Assembly (NCBI GenBank): GCA_002811645.1
Contig: PDIP01000039.1
Span: 47,061 to 111,060, forward strand
DNA from: Corallochytrium limacisporum Hawaii
Taxonomy: Eukaryota; Protista; Pluriformea
Direction: 5' to 3'
DNA: 64,000 nt
Positions 47,675 through 59,631 of this stretch are shown here, piece by piece. Position 1 is the stretch's first letter. Each line of letters begins with the position of its first letter. The notes beneath the pieces were generated by a model. It saw nothing but the letters and a program-made list of their open reading frames with translations. It was not told the origin of the DNA and did not search any database. The position numbers and the translations under genes were made by a program.

Positions 47675-50600
47675 GACCCTCGGATTGGTCCTGGGGATCA
47701 TCATCGCATACCAACCTAGTCGGACATGTTGCATTAGCATCGTCCCCGTTTTTATTTTTGCTTTTAGACTTAGATTATCAATTTCCATAGATCATCATTT
47801 GCCAACCTTCACCACTGCTCTTCTCTGCGTACCGATGCTTGCTTCAAGACATCCCAAGAATCCTTCGATCGACGCCAACGGGATCCCATGGTTCCACAGG
47901 AACTCTTGTCCACCAGCCCAAGCACTGGCGTATCATTTTCCACGGGGGGGATCCCCGGCTCTATTCGATATACTTGTATATACGAAAATGGTAGCCGTTC
48001 TTTTGTCGCTGTCCGCGTCCGCCTTCTTTTTCCCTCCCCTCTCCTCCCTCTCCTCCACGAACCACCCCCCCCCCCTTCCCCCTTTCTTTCATTCTCCCAA
48101 GGGGAGAAGGGAGGAGGGGGCAGGGAGACGCGTCTCCCTCAGGTATCCTTCGTTGCTCATTCCTCAATCATGCTGCCTTCATTGTCTTCTCCATTCATTC
48201 TCTTCTCAATTCAGTCGTGCACAGTGACATCCAAATCGTGCGGGACGCAGGCATGTGCGGGTAGAGCCATTCGCAAGGATTGGGCATCTTATATACTGAA
48301 CATATGAGGAATTAGGAAGATGGCTGCAATAAGCCGAAGAGGCATTGTTCGATTGTGTATGGGACTCCCCTAGGCCACTGCTTCCCCTTTTTCTTACGCG
48401 CTTTACCTCCCTTTTCCCGCAGGAATGAATTCACTCAGCATCTTCAAAAAACCAGCAACCAGAGAACACGGGACTATGAAGAAAAAAAGTAAAAAAGGCA
48501 CAAGGTTGACAGAAGGCGTAGCGCCTCCCCCCCCCCCCAATAATCGCTGTCGGTGCCTTGGATCAGCGGCAGAAGTGCACTGGCACCCGTGAAAAGAACG
48601 AGGCGCATCGGGGGCAGGACGCCAAAAGGAAAAAAAAAAACAAAAAATAAAGCAGGACAGCAGATTAAGCAACAAAAATGAAATACATCGCCCAATACGA
48701 CAAAAGTCTTAGATGGATATTGGAAGTGATTCAGATTAACCTATTGGGCATAGATGTTGATTTGACAAACAAATTAGAGACCATTACAATCGATAGATTC
48801 CGACGTTTGTTGTGGCCACTTTGGCAGGAAGATCGAGCAGAGAACACTGGGCCACCGCTGCGGAGACCCTGGCGGGAAGGCGGTACATTTACTACTGCAC
48901 GGCAGCGGGAAAGAGACTCGGGAACCCGTCCTCAGTCCGTACGAGCACAAAGCACGTAGGCAGCAAATGGAAAGAGAACCCATGAGCAACCAGCCCTCTC
49001 CCGGCAGTGGCTCCCGTCCGGGCCTCTCTGACAGTATTGAATGTACCGACCTTTGAAGAACAACAAACCGAGATCTCTCCGATTTCCCTTTTTCGTTTCG
49101 GCCCGCGTAGGGCTTGACGCAATCGATACCCAACCCCCCAACCCCCGGCGGGGCGGGGGGACCTTTGTGGAACGAGGGCACCGGATGCTTTGGACGGACG
49201 CCCAAGGAGTCCTCCGCGCGGGGGAGGGAGGGCGAAAAAATGCTAGCCACGGGTAGCAAACCTAGGGCCTTAGCATAACACACACACACGCACACATTCA
49301 CCCCCAGAAAAAAAAAAGGAAAGACACAGCGCCGCGAAGAAAAAGCAACACATAAACATTAAAACAAAAGAAAAAAAACAAAAGCACCAAAAGCGACGGG
49401 AGGATGGGAGGCAAACTACCCCACCAATGTGCTACGTACGTAGTGTGTGTGTGTGTGTGTTCCGATACAAAATGAACCCGGCAGGAGAACAACAATTGAA
49501 GAAAAGAAAAGAAAAGAAAAAAACGAATTCGTCACTGCAATTGCAAATGCGTACGGCGGCGGCGGTGTTTGAAACAATCTCCAGCGCCTTTGGGGAGAGT
49601 TCGGAAGAGGAGAAGGAAGAAAGGACCGGGGTGTGACGGACGGGAGGGGGGGGAGGGAGGGGACCAACAACCGAAACGAAGAGAGAGAGAGACACAGAGA
49701 GTTGGTGTCAGCGGAGTTTTGGCCGCTGTGCAGGAGCATCTTTTCGTGGCAAATGGTCGCTCCCTTTTCCCTTTGTTAACCGCTGCTTTACGGGAAAAAA
49801 ACCACAGAGCCCTAATTCTGAACGTTAAACAAAAAAAAAGAGAGCGAGCGAAAAACAAAAAAAAAAAAAGAGAAAAAAAATTGGGGAGACGATTGTGTCG
49901 GTTCCGTACGGCGACCACGCAGGATGAGCATGCGGAAGAGGGGCCAGGCTAGTAAGGCCGTCAGGATGCAGAACTGGTGCGCCGGAAAGAAAGGGGGGGG
50001 AACTCAGTCGCGCTACCACACAGGTGTTCCACACTCAGACCGGCGACCCTGCGGGCTTAAGTGAACCAGAGTCTGGCAAGCACAGCAAGGACAGTGGCGG
50101 AAGAACGGGGAAAACAGAAAGCAAAAAAGACCCCAAGAGTTAGCAAAAGCGCATCGCCCCCCGTTGTACAGTCCCTTCCCGGAAATCGAGATCACCAGCG
50201 ACAAGGGTGTTCGGACTCCAATGGCCTTGTTCTTCCGCGCAACATTTTACTTCGTCTTCCTTAATGGTGGTATGGGTGGTGTAGATGGCTCATATGTACC
50301 CAAGACGTAGAGATAGTAAGAGTGAAGATAGTGCAATGGATGTCAGAGGTTTCGATTAATTTGCACAGTTTTTTGTCGATGGTTGTTTGGTATGGTATGA
50401 AAGAACATTTATCGGGTGCTCTCCTGCACATGTCTGTTGTGGTAGGCTTGCGACTCGGAGTACCAGTCCTAGACTTATAAACAGAGCGAATTATGTAGCA
50501 AAGATCGGAGTGTTCAATTACTTAATATAGTTTTCGGAAGTCAGAACAACAGTCCCTCGTTTGCCATACACACCGCCCTCGCGTGCCCCAATGGTGAAGG

Positions 50601-50682
50601 TGATTGGGTGCACAAAAACGAAAAACAGGAGTCAGTATCAATAACGTGTTTCTAGTAGATTCCACCAAAAACTTCGTGAAGA

Positions 50683-51711
50683 ATGACTGACGACAAGGAG
50701 AAGAAGGAAGTCCAGAAGGAGGAAACGAAGGCGGAACCTGAGGTCGAGGCGACTGAAACTCCCGCTGACAATGAAGAAGCTGGTAAACAGACCTCTGAAG
50801 CATCCACAGTAGAAACGGCAGACACACCAGACGAAGAATCGGGTGTTAGCAAATACAATATTTTCATCCGTGGTCTGGGACCGAACGCCACTGATGAGAC
50901 CCTGCAGAATATGTGCAAGCAGTTTGGTGGCATTGCAAGCGTAAAGGCCATCATTGATAGACCTACGAACAGATGCAAGGGGTACGGCTTTGTTCAGTTC
51001 AAAACTCAGGAAGCCGCTAAAGAGGCCCTCACCCAGCTGAAAAATGAGGGACATGCAGTCAGTTATGCGCGCGCAAGTCTTGGTGAGAACAGAAGTCGTG
51101 AGGAAACCAACACCAATCTGTACTTCGCCAACCTGCCGAGCTACTGTACCAGTGACATGATTGAGGAGCTGTTAAAACCATTCGGCAAGGTGGTAAGCAC
51201 TCGTGTACTTGTGGACGACCGGGGATACAGTCGTGGCATTGGATTTGCTCGCATGCAATCAAAGGAAATTTGCGAGGAGATTATTCAAAAAATGAATGGA
51301 CAGCGCATGTTCAACAGCACAGAACCGATTCAATGCCGTTTCGCAGAGAACAACTCCCGCAAGCGCAAGCCACGGATGCCGATGGGAGGACCCATGATGC
51401 GCCCCCCGATGGGCATGCCTTACCCTGGCTATCCGCCCATGATGGATCCGGCAATGGCAGGAGCACCCAATGCTGCTGCGGCCGCGCAGTATGGCATGCA
51501 CGGCATGCCTATGCAGTGGGCAGGACCGCCTCGGGGTATGCCCGGGGGCATTCCTCCTGGCGCGGGAGCACCCGCGGGCTATGCCACCATGCCAGGCTAT
51601 GCTCCCCAAATGGTGCGAGGCCAAGTACAGCAACACTCAGGAGGTCAAGGAGGCCAAGGTGGCTACTCTGGTGCCATCAAGATGCAGCAAGGAAACTCTT
51701 CAATGGAATGA
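50683..51711 (+). CDS. Two-RRM RNA-binding protein RBMS/MSSP/Shep family
   Basis: NIFIRGL...KAIID..TNRCKGYGFV; TNLYFANLP...VVSTRVL...SRGIGFARM; Pro/Met/Gly-rich tail. Confidence 0.88.
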   Translation: MTDDKEKKEVQKEETKAEPEVEATETPADNEEAGKQTSEASTVETADTPDEESGVSKYNIFIRGLGPNATDETLQNMCKQFGGIASVKAIIDRPTNRCKGYGFVQFKTQEAAKEALTQLKNEGHAVSYARASLGENRSREETNTNLYFANLPSYCTSDMIEELLKPFGKVVSTRVLVDDRGYSRGIGFARMQSKEICEEIIQKMNGQRMFNSTEPIQCRFAENNSRKRKPRMPMGGPMMRPPMGMPYPGYPPMMDPAMAGAPNAAAAAQYGMHGMPMQWAGPPRGMPGGIPPGAGAPAGYATMPGYAPQMVRGQVQQHSGGQGGQGGYSGAIKMQQGNSSME

Positions 51712-51927
51712 AAGATGGAAGATGATTTAGCTCACATTCTGAACCATGACAAACATGCAAGAGATCCACTTAGATGTGCTTGCAGGTCCCGCGAATTCCG
51801 AATGGCAAAATCCGAAACAAAAATAAACATGAAACCAAAAAGGACAACGTTCAACAAAACACTTAATTGCTATTGTAGAATTGGGGCAGTTGGGATGTAA
51901 TGCTAGAAAGAAATTAGGCAACGGTAA

Positions 51928-53142
51928 TTACTGCTTCTCAATAACGGCAGCAGCACCCATACCGGTACCAATGCACATGGACACAACACCGTAGCGCTTG
52001 TTGGTGCGGTGCAGTTCGTTCATGAGAGTAGCAATCTGGCGAGAGCCAGTGCATCCCAGGGGATGGCCGAGAGCAATAGCACCACCGTTGGGGTTCAGTT
52101 TCTCCTCGGGAATGTCCAGCTTCTGTATGCAGTAGGTGGCCTGGCTGGCAAATGCCTCGTTGATCTCGTAGACGTCGACGTCCTTGACGGTCAAGCCGGC
52201 CTTCTTCAGGGCCTCGGGGATGGCGTAGGCGGGACCAATGCCCATCACCTCAGGGGGCACACCAGCCACGGCGTAGGAGCGGATCACGCCGATCACGGGG
52301 AGACCCATCTTCTCGGCCACGGAGCGGCGGGCCAGCAGGACAGCAGCGGCACCGTCGGACACCTGAGAAGAGTTACCGGCAGTGGTGGAGCCATCGGGCT
52401 TGAAGGCACCCTTGAGCTTAGCAAGACCAGCGGGGGTGGTCTGGGCACGAATACCGTCATCCTTGGAGACCACGGTGACAGAGCCGTCCTCGCCCTTCAC
52501 GGTGACGGGAACAATCTCAGCATCGAACCAACCGTTCTGTTGGGCACGGGCAGCCTTCTGGTGGCTCTGCAAGGCCATCTTGTCCTGTTCCTCGCGGGTC
52601 ACGCCGTACTTTTCGGCAACGTTCTCGGAGGTGAGACCCATGGGGATCATGGTGTCCTGGGCCAGCTGGGACTCGAAAACTTCGGGGGCGATCTGAGTGG
52701 GGGCACCAGCACCCATTGGAGTAGAAGTCATATGCTCGACACCAGCACCAATACCGATGTCGATGGTACCGGCCTTGATGGAACCAGCGATGTTCATGAC
52801 AGCCTGCAGACCGGAACTGCACTGGCGGTTAACGGAGCTCACGGAGCTGGTGTAGGGGAAGCCAGCCATGAACTGAGCCCAGCGGGCCTGGACGGCACCG
52901 GCACCGTTTTGCTGTACGTTACCCACGCACACATCCTCGACCTGCTCGGGACGGACGCCGCCCTTGGCGCACACCTCTTTCAGGACAGGGGCGAGCATGC
53001 CCTCGACGGTCATGTCCTTAAGACCACCACGACGGGCCTTGCAGATGGGGGTGCGCAGAGCGCTGACGATAACGACATCATCGGGGCTGTTGGCAGTCAG
53101 ACCGAGGTGGCCGGCCATACGCTTGACACGATCAGTAGCCAT
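51928..53142 (-). CDS. ACAA1: Peroxisomal 3-ketoacyl-CoA thiolase with PTS2
   Basis: PTS2 [37 protein letters not shown]. Confidence 0.96.
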   Translation of the reverse strand: MATDRVKRMAGHLGLTANSPDDVVIVSALRTPICKARRGGLKDMTVEGMLAPVLKEVCAKGGVRPEQVEDVCVGNVQQNGAGAVQARWAQFMAGFPYTSSVSSVNRQCSSGLQAVMNIAGSIKAGTIDIGIGAGVEHMTSTPMGAGAPTQIAPEVFESQLAQDTMIPMGLTSENVAEKYGVTREEQDKMALQSHQKAARAQQNGWFDAEIVPVTVKGEDGSVTVVSKDDGIRAQTTPAGLAKLKGAFKPDGSTTAGNSSQVSDGAAAVLLARRSVAEKMGLPVIGVIRSYAVAGVPPEVMGIGPAYAIPEALKKAGLTVKDVDVYEINEAFASQATYCIQKLDIPEEKLNPNGGAIALGHPLGCTGSRQIATLMNELHRTNKRYGVVSMCIGTGMGAAAVIEKQ

Positions 53143-54197
53143 TGTTTCGTTGGTTGAAATTCCCGTTTCTCGTTTTAGCTGGAGAACACAATGTGAACGT
53201 ACTTAGTCTTCACTATAGTTAATTTCATGGTTGTCTCAAGTAGGTGACTAGCAAAGTCTAAATTTGGCCCGGAACAATGTTAACGCGAGACCATCCCATG
53301 GTCCGACAACTCCACATGCGTTGTTGCGCATCCGGCAGCACTCCCAGCGGACGCTACAACGGTAAATGTACCACACTTTTTATCTCATCTTGTCAGAAAA
53401 CCCCGTTGAACGGAAGGAGCAAGACCCCAGGCGCAACGGAACGGGCAGCAAAAAAAAAGGACTTGTGTACCCAAAAAAATCTCGTGGTCTTTCCGGAACG
53501 CTTCCGTATTCCGCAGAACTTCCAACCCAGTACATACATAACCGATGATATTTTCTCGGCCTCCCAACCTCTCCCCCTTTCTCGCCTTGGAAAACCCCCC
53601 CCCCAAAAAGCCCTGACTGTTCCTTGGCTGCTGTGGCATGAGCTAAATATAGCACTCCCGGCCAATTTGTACACTGGCAAGGCCTAAAGGTACCAGATTT
53701 GCTGTTGAAAACCGGATCAGCTGGGCTGGGACCGTCAGGGAGAGCTACCGATTTCCTCGTTTCCTATCTGCACCATGTTTTGTCCCGGTTGCTTTGTGCT
53801 GTTGACTTGGTGGAGTGTGTACAAAGGAGAAGTCCCTGTTCCTAGCTCCATGGAGGTTCTTCGACGACGGACGCTGCAGTGGGCAGACATGCCCAGGTGG
53901 GTTTTGTCGCCTTTGTTTCTTTCTTTCATGGTCACTGTGTTCTAGGAGAACCGATCTTTTAACACAGAGGTCGCTCAATGCCGTGTTAACCTGACTGTCA
54001 CGAGAGAGGACAATATAAATATGAAAGTGGCTCCAAGGTGAATCTAAATCAACGACAAGCATTGTAACTGGACTATGGACACCCGATAAACATGCCCCAT
54101 AAATCTCAAGTAAGATACAAAAACTTAGGACTGATTTTTGATTTTAGCTTTGATCCTTTTACTGTGAATCTGAAGTTGGGTTTCTGCCCCGTGGGTT

Positions 54198-54215
54198 GGT
54201 CTCCCCGGGGAGACC
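54198..54215. repeat. Perfect 18-bp palindrome GGTCTCCCCGGGGAGACC
   Basis: Sequence equals its own reverse complement; lies ~280 bp upstream of the enkurin ATG. Confidence 0.85.
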
Positions 54216-54495
54216 GTTTGAAAGGGGGTAAAGCGGCCCCGTAGGGACCCCAGGGGGGCGGGTCGGGCCGACCCACTCGTCGCGGGTAGTGTAGAGGTCA
54301 AGCGAGTCCTTTGGGAAGAGTCACCAAGGTTGGTAAGTGCGTCCTCATGTGTGAGCTTTCCTCCGTGGAGATATGTCAAATGTGTGAAGTATCAGGACGC
54401 TATTTGAAACTTCGCTGTGCAAAAATAGCCTGCGAGTCCCGTAGTCCATTGGGAAGACTATTTCACTGGGTGCGGCACATACGCACCCAGCAACG

Positions 54496-55221
54496 ATGGA
54501 GTCAGTATACGATCTGGCCCGGGAACAAGCGGCCATACAATCAAAGAAACCCACCACATATCAATCCCAGTATGCTGATCAGGTGCGTCAGGATATGGCG
54601 ACTTCGAAGAGGGCAGGTGCGCTCTTCGGTCCATACAACAAAAAGGTAGTGGGTCCCACGAAATAGCTTAGGAAGCACACAAACGCCGCTCCAGTTACGC
54701 CAACTCACTATCCTTTCAAAACGAATGTTATTCAGTGCAAAGTGGCAGCTAAGGATCGTGGCCCTATGCGCTCTGGCAAGGAACCCAAGAAAGATTTCCT
54801 GAAGACGAACATAGCGAAGGTGATGGCACCAAGTACGCTCAACAAAACCAAGACAAGCAAGGGAAACACACACACCATGGACGGGGACGGAGTTGGAAGG
54901 GTACCGTAGTATCTCACAGAACGAAAGGCTCAGGAGCAGCGTGAAGCAACAGCACTGCAAGAACTTACCGAGCAGGAAGATCGGGTGCGTCTGAGTCGGC
55001 AGGTTCTGCCCAGTAGCCTCCAGGACATGTTCTTGCAAGAACTTAAGATCAAATGGGGAGAGACCAACTCTGCATACAACCAGCTATCCCTTGTGCCCGA
55101 TTCAGCCGTAAAGCTGCAAAGACAAGAAGACTTTGAAAACTTCATGAAGCTACTGGAGCACTACATTGAAGAACTAGAGACCTTGTGTCGTTCTGGTCGA
55201 CGGATGATCGCCATCCAGTAG
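54496..55221 (+). pseudogene. ENKUR: Enkurin (flagellar/ciliary protein), full length, two in-frame TAG codons (54664-66, 54907-09); pseudogene or recoded gene
   Basis: Manual translation: MESVYDL...KKPTTYQSQY...FGPYNKKVVGPTK*LRKH...KKDFLKTN...GRVP*YLTERK...LQELKIKW...YNQLSLVPDSAVKLQRQEDFENFMKLLEHYIEELE; colinear with enkurin motifs as I recall them; no frameshift over 241 codons. Confidence 0.82.
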
Positions 55222-55333
55222 TCAGCAAACAACTAACTATAGTCTGCCATGTACCAGGCACTAATGATTGTAAAACTTTTGCTATACTTCATATTCTGTA
55301 GTTTTTATACTTGGACTCCTAATCGCACCATGA

Positions 55334-56488
55334 TCACATTTTCTTGAGTACATCAGGAGGCATGCTCAAAACAGGAATGTCGAAGACGTCCGACATATCA
55401 CGGCAGAGCATAACGCAGTACGTGACGAGGTCGACATGAGAGGCCACAAAGCCAGCAAACCAGACAATAGACAGCGGAAGCAAGTCCATAGTGACTGCAA
55501 CAGCCATCGCCAGAGCAATGAGGTGACACCGATCGAAGAATTTCAAAGGGGTACGTGTCATGTGGGCTACAACCAGCTTGGTGGTTAACTTGGCCATCAT
55601 TGCACCAATGGTCAGGATCCAAATTGCGGGGTATACCTGTACCACAAAGTCTTCCCAGTCACCCTTAGCCTGTAGGATAGGAACCATGCAGATGAAGACA
55701 GGAATCATGGGGGTGTAGACCGAGGTGCCCGCAGTTGTGGGCTTTGTATCGGGCATTCGCACTATGGAGACGAAAACCCGCAGGATCATTACTGCCGTGC
55801 CCCCGAGGAACATAACCAACAGGATTTCTCGTCCGCTGTACCCAAAGATTTTGTTCTCAAAGAAATCCGGTCCGTACGTCGCTGCCAGCAGGTGAGTCAC
55901 AAAGATACCAATTTGAGCTTCAGTGACATCCACCACGCCGAACTCTACGTGGCCCATGCAGTATGCAAACCAGTGAGAGCAGTAGAATGCAAAAGAAATC
56001 TCAAGCATGGCCCAGAAAGCCAGGCTCCAGTCACCATACTTCAATGCAGTGACAACGCCAAGGACGAGGAAGCCTGTGCTTATGGCATCACAGCCGTGGT
56101 CGAACAGTTCTCCCAGCGGAGTTCCGGTGCCGGTGCGACGCGCGTGCTTTCCATCAACAGCGTCCAAAGATTGATATATGAACAATCCCACACCACAGGC
56201 CATATAGGCATGCCAGGGTGCACTCTCCGTGCCCCAAGGTGCAAAACATGCAAGATAGAGCGTCGTTCCAATGTTCACGCTGAGACCGAACAGCGTAATG
56301 GCATTGGGCGCGAGCCACATGGGAATCCATTTGAGCAAGATGTTCCACCAATAGCACAGGACATATTTTGACAACAGACTATGGTCCTGGCTTGCGTACT
56401 TGTGCTGTTGAATACCCTTGACCTGAGCTACAGTCAGCAGCTTCAGATCGGGATGCCGCTGCTGCTCCGCTTTCCTTCGAACCGACAT
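55334..56488 (-). CDS. Choline/ethanolamine phosphotransferase (CEPT1/CHPT1 family)
   Basis: HKY...D.S, WLAPNAIT, CDP-alcohol phosphotransferase motif DAVDGKHARRTGTGTPLGELFDHGCD. Confidence 0.93.
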   Translation of the reverse strand: MSVRRKAEQQRHPDLKLLTVAQVKGIQQHKYASQDHSLLSKYVLCYWWNILLKWIPMWLAPNAITLFGLSVNIGTTLYLACFAPWGTESAPWHAYMACGVGLFIYQSLDAVDGKHARRTGTGTPLGELFDHGCDAISTGFLVLGVVTALKYGDWSLAFWAMLEISFAFYCSHWFAYCMGHVEFGVVDVTEAQIGIFVTHLLAATYGPDFFENKIFGYSGREILLVMFLGGTAVMILRVFVSIVRMPDTKPTTAGTSVYTPMIPVFICMVPILQAKGDWEDFVVQVYPAIWILTIGAMMAKLTTKLVVAHMTRTPLKFFDRCHLIALAMAVAVTMDLLPLSIVWFAGFVASHVDLVTYCVMLCRDMSDVFDIPVLSMPPDVLKKM

Positions 56489-58318
56489 AGCTCACTTAAA
56501 CGCAGTTCGGTCGGCACTATACTATGTGGAGATACCGCGCCATGTTTATGCCCTTGCCTACGTGATCTTCTATACCTGCCAATTGGAAAGATTGTCACAC
56601 ATGGTGTTTGCTGTGAAATTCGAGGCCTGTAACACTATCGGCCCGTGCAAGATAGTCTCACTTGTGGCATTTCTTCCATCTGCGTCACAGTGTGACAACC
56701 AGAGTTACTGACTCGTATTCCCAAGCCTTGGTGCAGGCCTCCAGCGGAAGCTCTGTGACTGGGAAACAACCACAGAGGAGGGAGGGGTGGCACGGGGGTG
56801 GTTAAGGGGGGGCGGTGGGTGCAGTTCCAATTCTAGCACAGCTGGCGACGTGTACAGCGGCAAAGCAGGCGAGAAGGGTTTCGGAAAGTGCAAAGAGCGG
56901 CTTCAGCACGGGGGCCGAGTAGTTCCAATCTCGCGGGGCCGTGCTGCCGCCTGTGGCCCGGCGAAAACCTTGCAGTGCACAGCCGAGCAGTACTACCCCG
57001 GTCCTTGTTTGAGGGAGCAAGAGCGAATGGAACGTGGGGCGCTTGTGGCATACTGCAGCAATAGAATCTCTACTACGGAAATTCTGCCGCCCCCAGTTCA
57101 AAAATCCTTTGCTCACCCAGATCAAGAATTTGGGCTTGTCTCGCAGGACCACGTCCCGCTGTGCGGTCTCCTCGTTGCCCCTGCGCACTCCCGTACATTT
57201 AATATGACGGATCTCGGCTCGTAAACAAAAGTACAAGCAGGGCGAAGTATTCCGGATTGCGGCCAGGGGGGGGGGTGTGGGGGAAAAAGGCGGGTAAGAG
57301 GCACCAATGTATATCCGGACATTTGGCAGTTACTCCCTTTCTCACCGACGAATGAAAAAAGATTTCCTGTTACCCCCGCCGAGACTTGGGCCAAGGTCCC
57401 CTGTGTCCGCAAAGGCGTAATAACAGTCCCGTCGGTCTCCTTTCTTTGTTTTTACGCGACGGACAGACCTGAACAACCGAGGCCTCTCAACTATCCTCAC
57501 AACCCCCCAACCCCCCTTCTCCCGGGGTGCCAAGCAGGGAGACAAATGAGAGACAGAAAGGGAGAGAGAGGGGAGGGGGGGGGGCGGTTGTTTCGAATGG
57601 TGGGTCTCTCGGCATGGGAGGCAGAAACACGTCCATTCTCACTCCCACTATTAATGAAATTCCGTGTAAGGAGTGAGCGTTGAAGCCAAAAAAAAAACTA
57701 CAGATTAGAAAGTGTTTTCCAGCAATTGCCAAACACTCGTTCACAGGGGCGAGGGTGTGTGGCCAAACCCCTCCGTCGGTCCCTCCCTGTTTCGTGAGTC
57801 CGGGTATTACATTCGAAATGAAGAAACAACAGAGAAAACCAGCTTCAGTTGTGACAAGAGTGTGACCGCCTGGAGAGCACTGGGGCGGAGGTATACAGGC
57901 GGAAATCGTAGACCCCAAACACTTAGTGTGGTTGGGGAAGGCGGTGCCGGGACGGTGGCAATTTCCCCTCCCCCGAGACTCCGGTGTTATGTTCCGGGGT
58001 CGCCATGGAAGACGTGTTTCTCTGCAGGGCCGAACCCGAAAAGTTGGGTGCTCTCGTCATAACCAGGTGACCGCACAGTTGGAGTACGACTCCAAAAAAA
58101 GGAACCTTCCGAGAGACTTGTGTGACTGGCTTCTAGGTGATTTCTCTGCATGGTACTCGAGGCATACATCATATGGCATTACGCAGTGGTCTGGAATGGA
58201 ACTGTGTGGAAAAGCGAGCGTTCGTGTTGAAACCAGGAGACGAAAATATAGACTCGGTGTCAGATAGCAAGCCACGGTTTACAAAATGGTATAGAGCGTT
58301 TAAGGTCATGCACACAAG

Positions 58319-59491
58319 ATGGTGAAAGGATCACATGAAGAAAACCCGCTTCTCAATGCGGGTGAGAAGCGCAGTGAGGAAGTGAAGGCGGAGATGGAGA
58401 GACAACGCGGCACAGCAATGAAGGTTACCATACTGTGTGCTCTATGGTTTACATTCTCTGCTATTACAAACAATGTCGGCAAGGCTGTCTATCAACATTT
58501 CCCTTTCCCGATCACTTTGACGATGGTGCAGGTCATTTCAGTGTGGTTGTACATGGAAATCTGTGTTAATGTATTCGGTGTGTCCGAGTACCAAAAAATT
58601 CCAAACAGGGAACAGTTGTATCGGTACATTTTACCTCTCAGTTTTGGAAAGGTAACCAGTAGTGTGTTTGCACAAATAAGTATTATGTTAGTTCCTGTCA
58701 GCTATGCACACACTGTCAAGGCTATGGCCCCGATTTTCGCAGTCATTTTTGCTCGCGTGGTGCTCGGGGAAATGCAGACAACAGGAGTATACCTATCGCT
58801 TCTACCAATCATTGGCGGTGTACTCATTGCTACGGTATCAGAGATCGAATTTAACATTGTCGGGATGTTGGCAGCACTCTTTAGCATCATTATCATTGCT
58901 CTGCAGAACGTGTACAGTAAGAAGGCTATGAAGGACAAGGCGTTTGATCATCACAACTTGCTGATGCACACATCTTACTACGCCAGTCTAATGCTTCTGC
59001 CGTACTGGTTACTAACTGAAGGCAAGCAAATGTACTATCTGGATGGACCCCTACTGACAGATACTGAGGTGAGCATGAGTTGGGTAGTGATGATGCTCAT
59101 GATCAACGGCTTCTGCAACTTTGGTCAGAGTATGATGGCGTTCAGTGTGCTCAGTGTCGTATCTCCTGTAACCTATGCGGTCTGCAACACAACCAAGCGT
59201 GTGGTGGTTATCACATCTGCAATGATCATCTTCCAGAACGTCAGCTCTTGGATAAATGTGCTTGGTATGGCAACTGCAATCTTCGGTATCTTCTTGTATA
59301 ACCGGGAAAAGATCAAACAGAGGGTTACATCGAAGCGGGAAAAGGAGGTTCTTCCCTGGAATTCTCTGAATGCTCGCACAAATGGTGTATCTCTTCGGAA
59401 GACCGAAGATGGGAACCCCATGGGCATAATGGATAGCATGAAGTCCTTCTTGAATCCCCGGCAAGGAAGTTCTCATGTTGCTCAGGACTAG
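58319..59491 (+). CDS. SLC35E1-like (triose-phosphate transporter family) solute carrier
   Basis: FPFPITLT, VPVSYAHTVKA, YLSLLPIIGGV, ALQNVYSKK, VSPVTYAVCNTTKRVVVI. Confidence 0.88.
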   Translation: MVKGSHEENPLLNAGEKRSEEVKAEMERQRGTAMKVTILCALWFTFSAITNNVGKAVYQHFPFPITLTMVQVISVWLYMEICVNVFGVSEYQKIPNREQLYRYILPLSFGKVTSSVFAQISIMLVPVSYAHTVKAMAPIFAVIFARVVLGEMQTTGVYLSLLPIIGGVLIATVSEIEFNIVGMLAALFSIIIIALQNVYSKKAMKDKAFDHHNLLMHTSYYASLMLLPYWLLTEGKQMYYLDGPLLTDTEVSMSWVVMMLMINGFCNFGQSMMAFSVLSVVSPVTYAVCNTTKRVVVITSAMIIFQNVSSWINVLGMATAIFGIFLYNREKIKQRVTSKREKEVLPWNSLNARTNGVSLRKTEDGNPMGIMDSMKSFLNPRQGSSHVAQD

Positions 59492-59631
59492 GTTTTGGGT
59501 CACGTGCGTGCCGGTCTGATTGCCTGCTACTGGGCGTTATAGTTATTACCAAGTTAAAGAAAGGATATAGAACAAAAGTAAGTTGGATTTGAAAGGTATA
59601 GAATCCTTTATGATGGATTTTTTGGACACTC

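Noticed and set aside
47685-50264. Many short ORFs in low-complexity intergenic tracts (also 7171-7892, 10454-12929, 34732-38689, 56381-58325)
   Set aside because: Poly-K/F/G/P translations of homopolymers and microsatellites, mostly non-ATG starts, no domains
52009-53157. 382-aa antisense ORF over the thiolase
   Set aside because: Same codon-bias artefact; the minus-strand thiolase explains the region
54646-54909. Tiny GT...AG introns (21 nt at 54646-54666; 9-18 nt ending 54909) that would remove the enkurin TAGs
   Set aside because: Any TAG supplies an AG; there is no branch point, the lengths are implausible beside the 232-nt intron seen here, and splicing would delete conserved residues such as VP
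54664-54909. Genome-wide UAG reassignment
   Set aside because: TAG ends prefoldin 5, FUN14, CDK5, the methyltransferase and SLC35E1 at plausible positions, and no other gene here has an internal TAG
55319-55336. Possible selenocysteine readthrough of the CEPT TGA (as in SELENOI)
   Set aside because: The extension would be only a few residues, the protein looks CEPT1/CHPT1-like, and no SECIS was recognised
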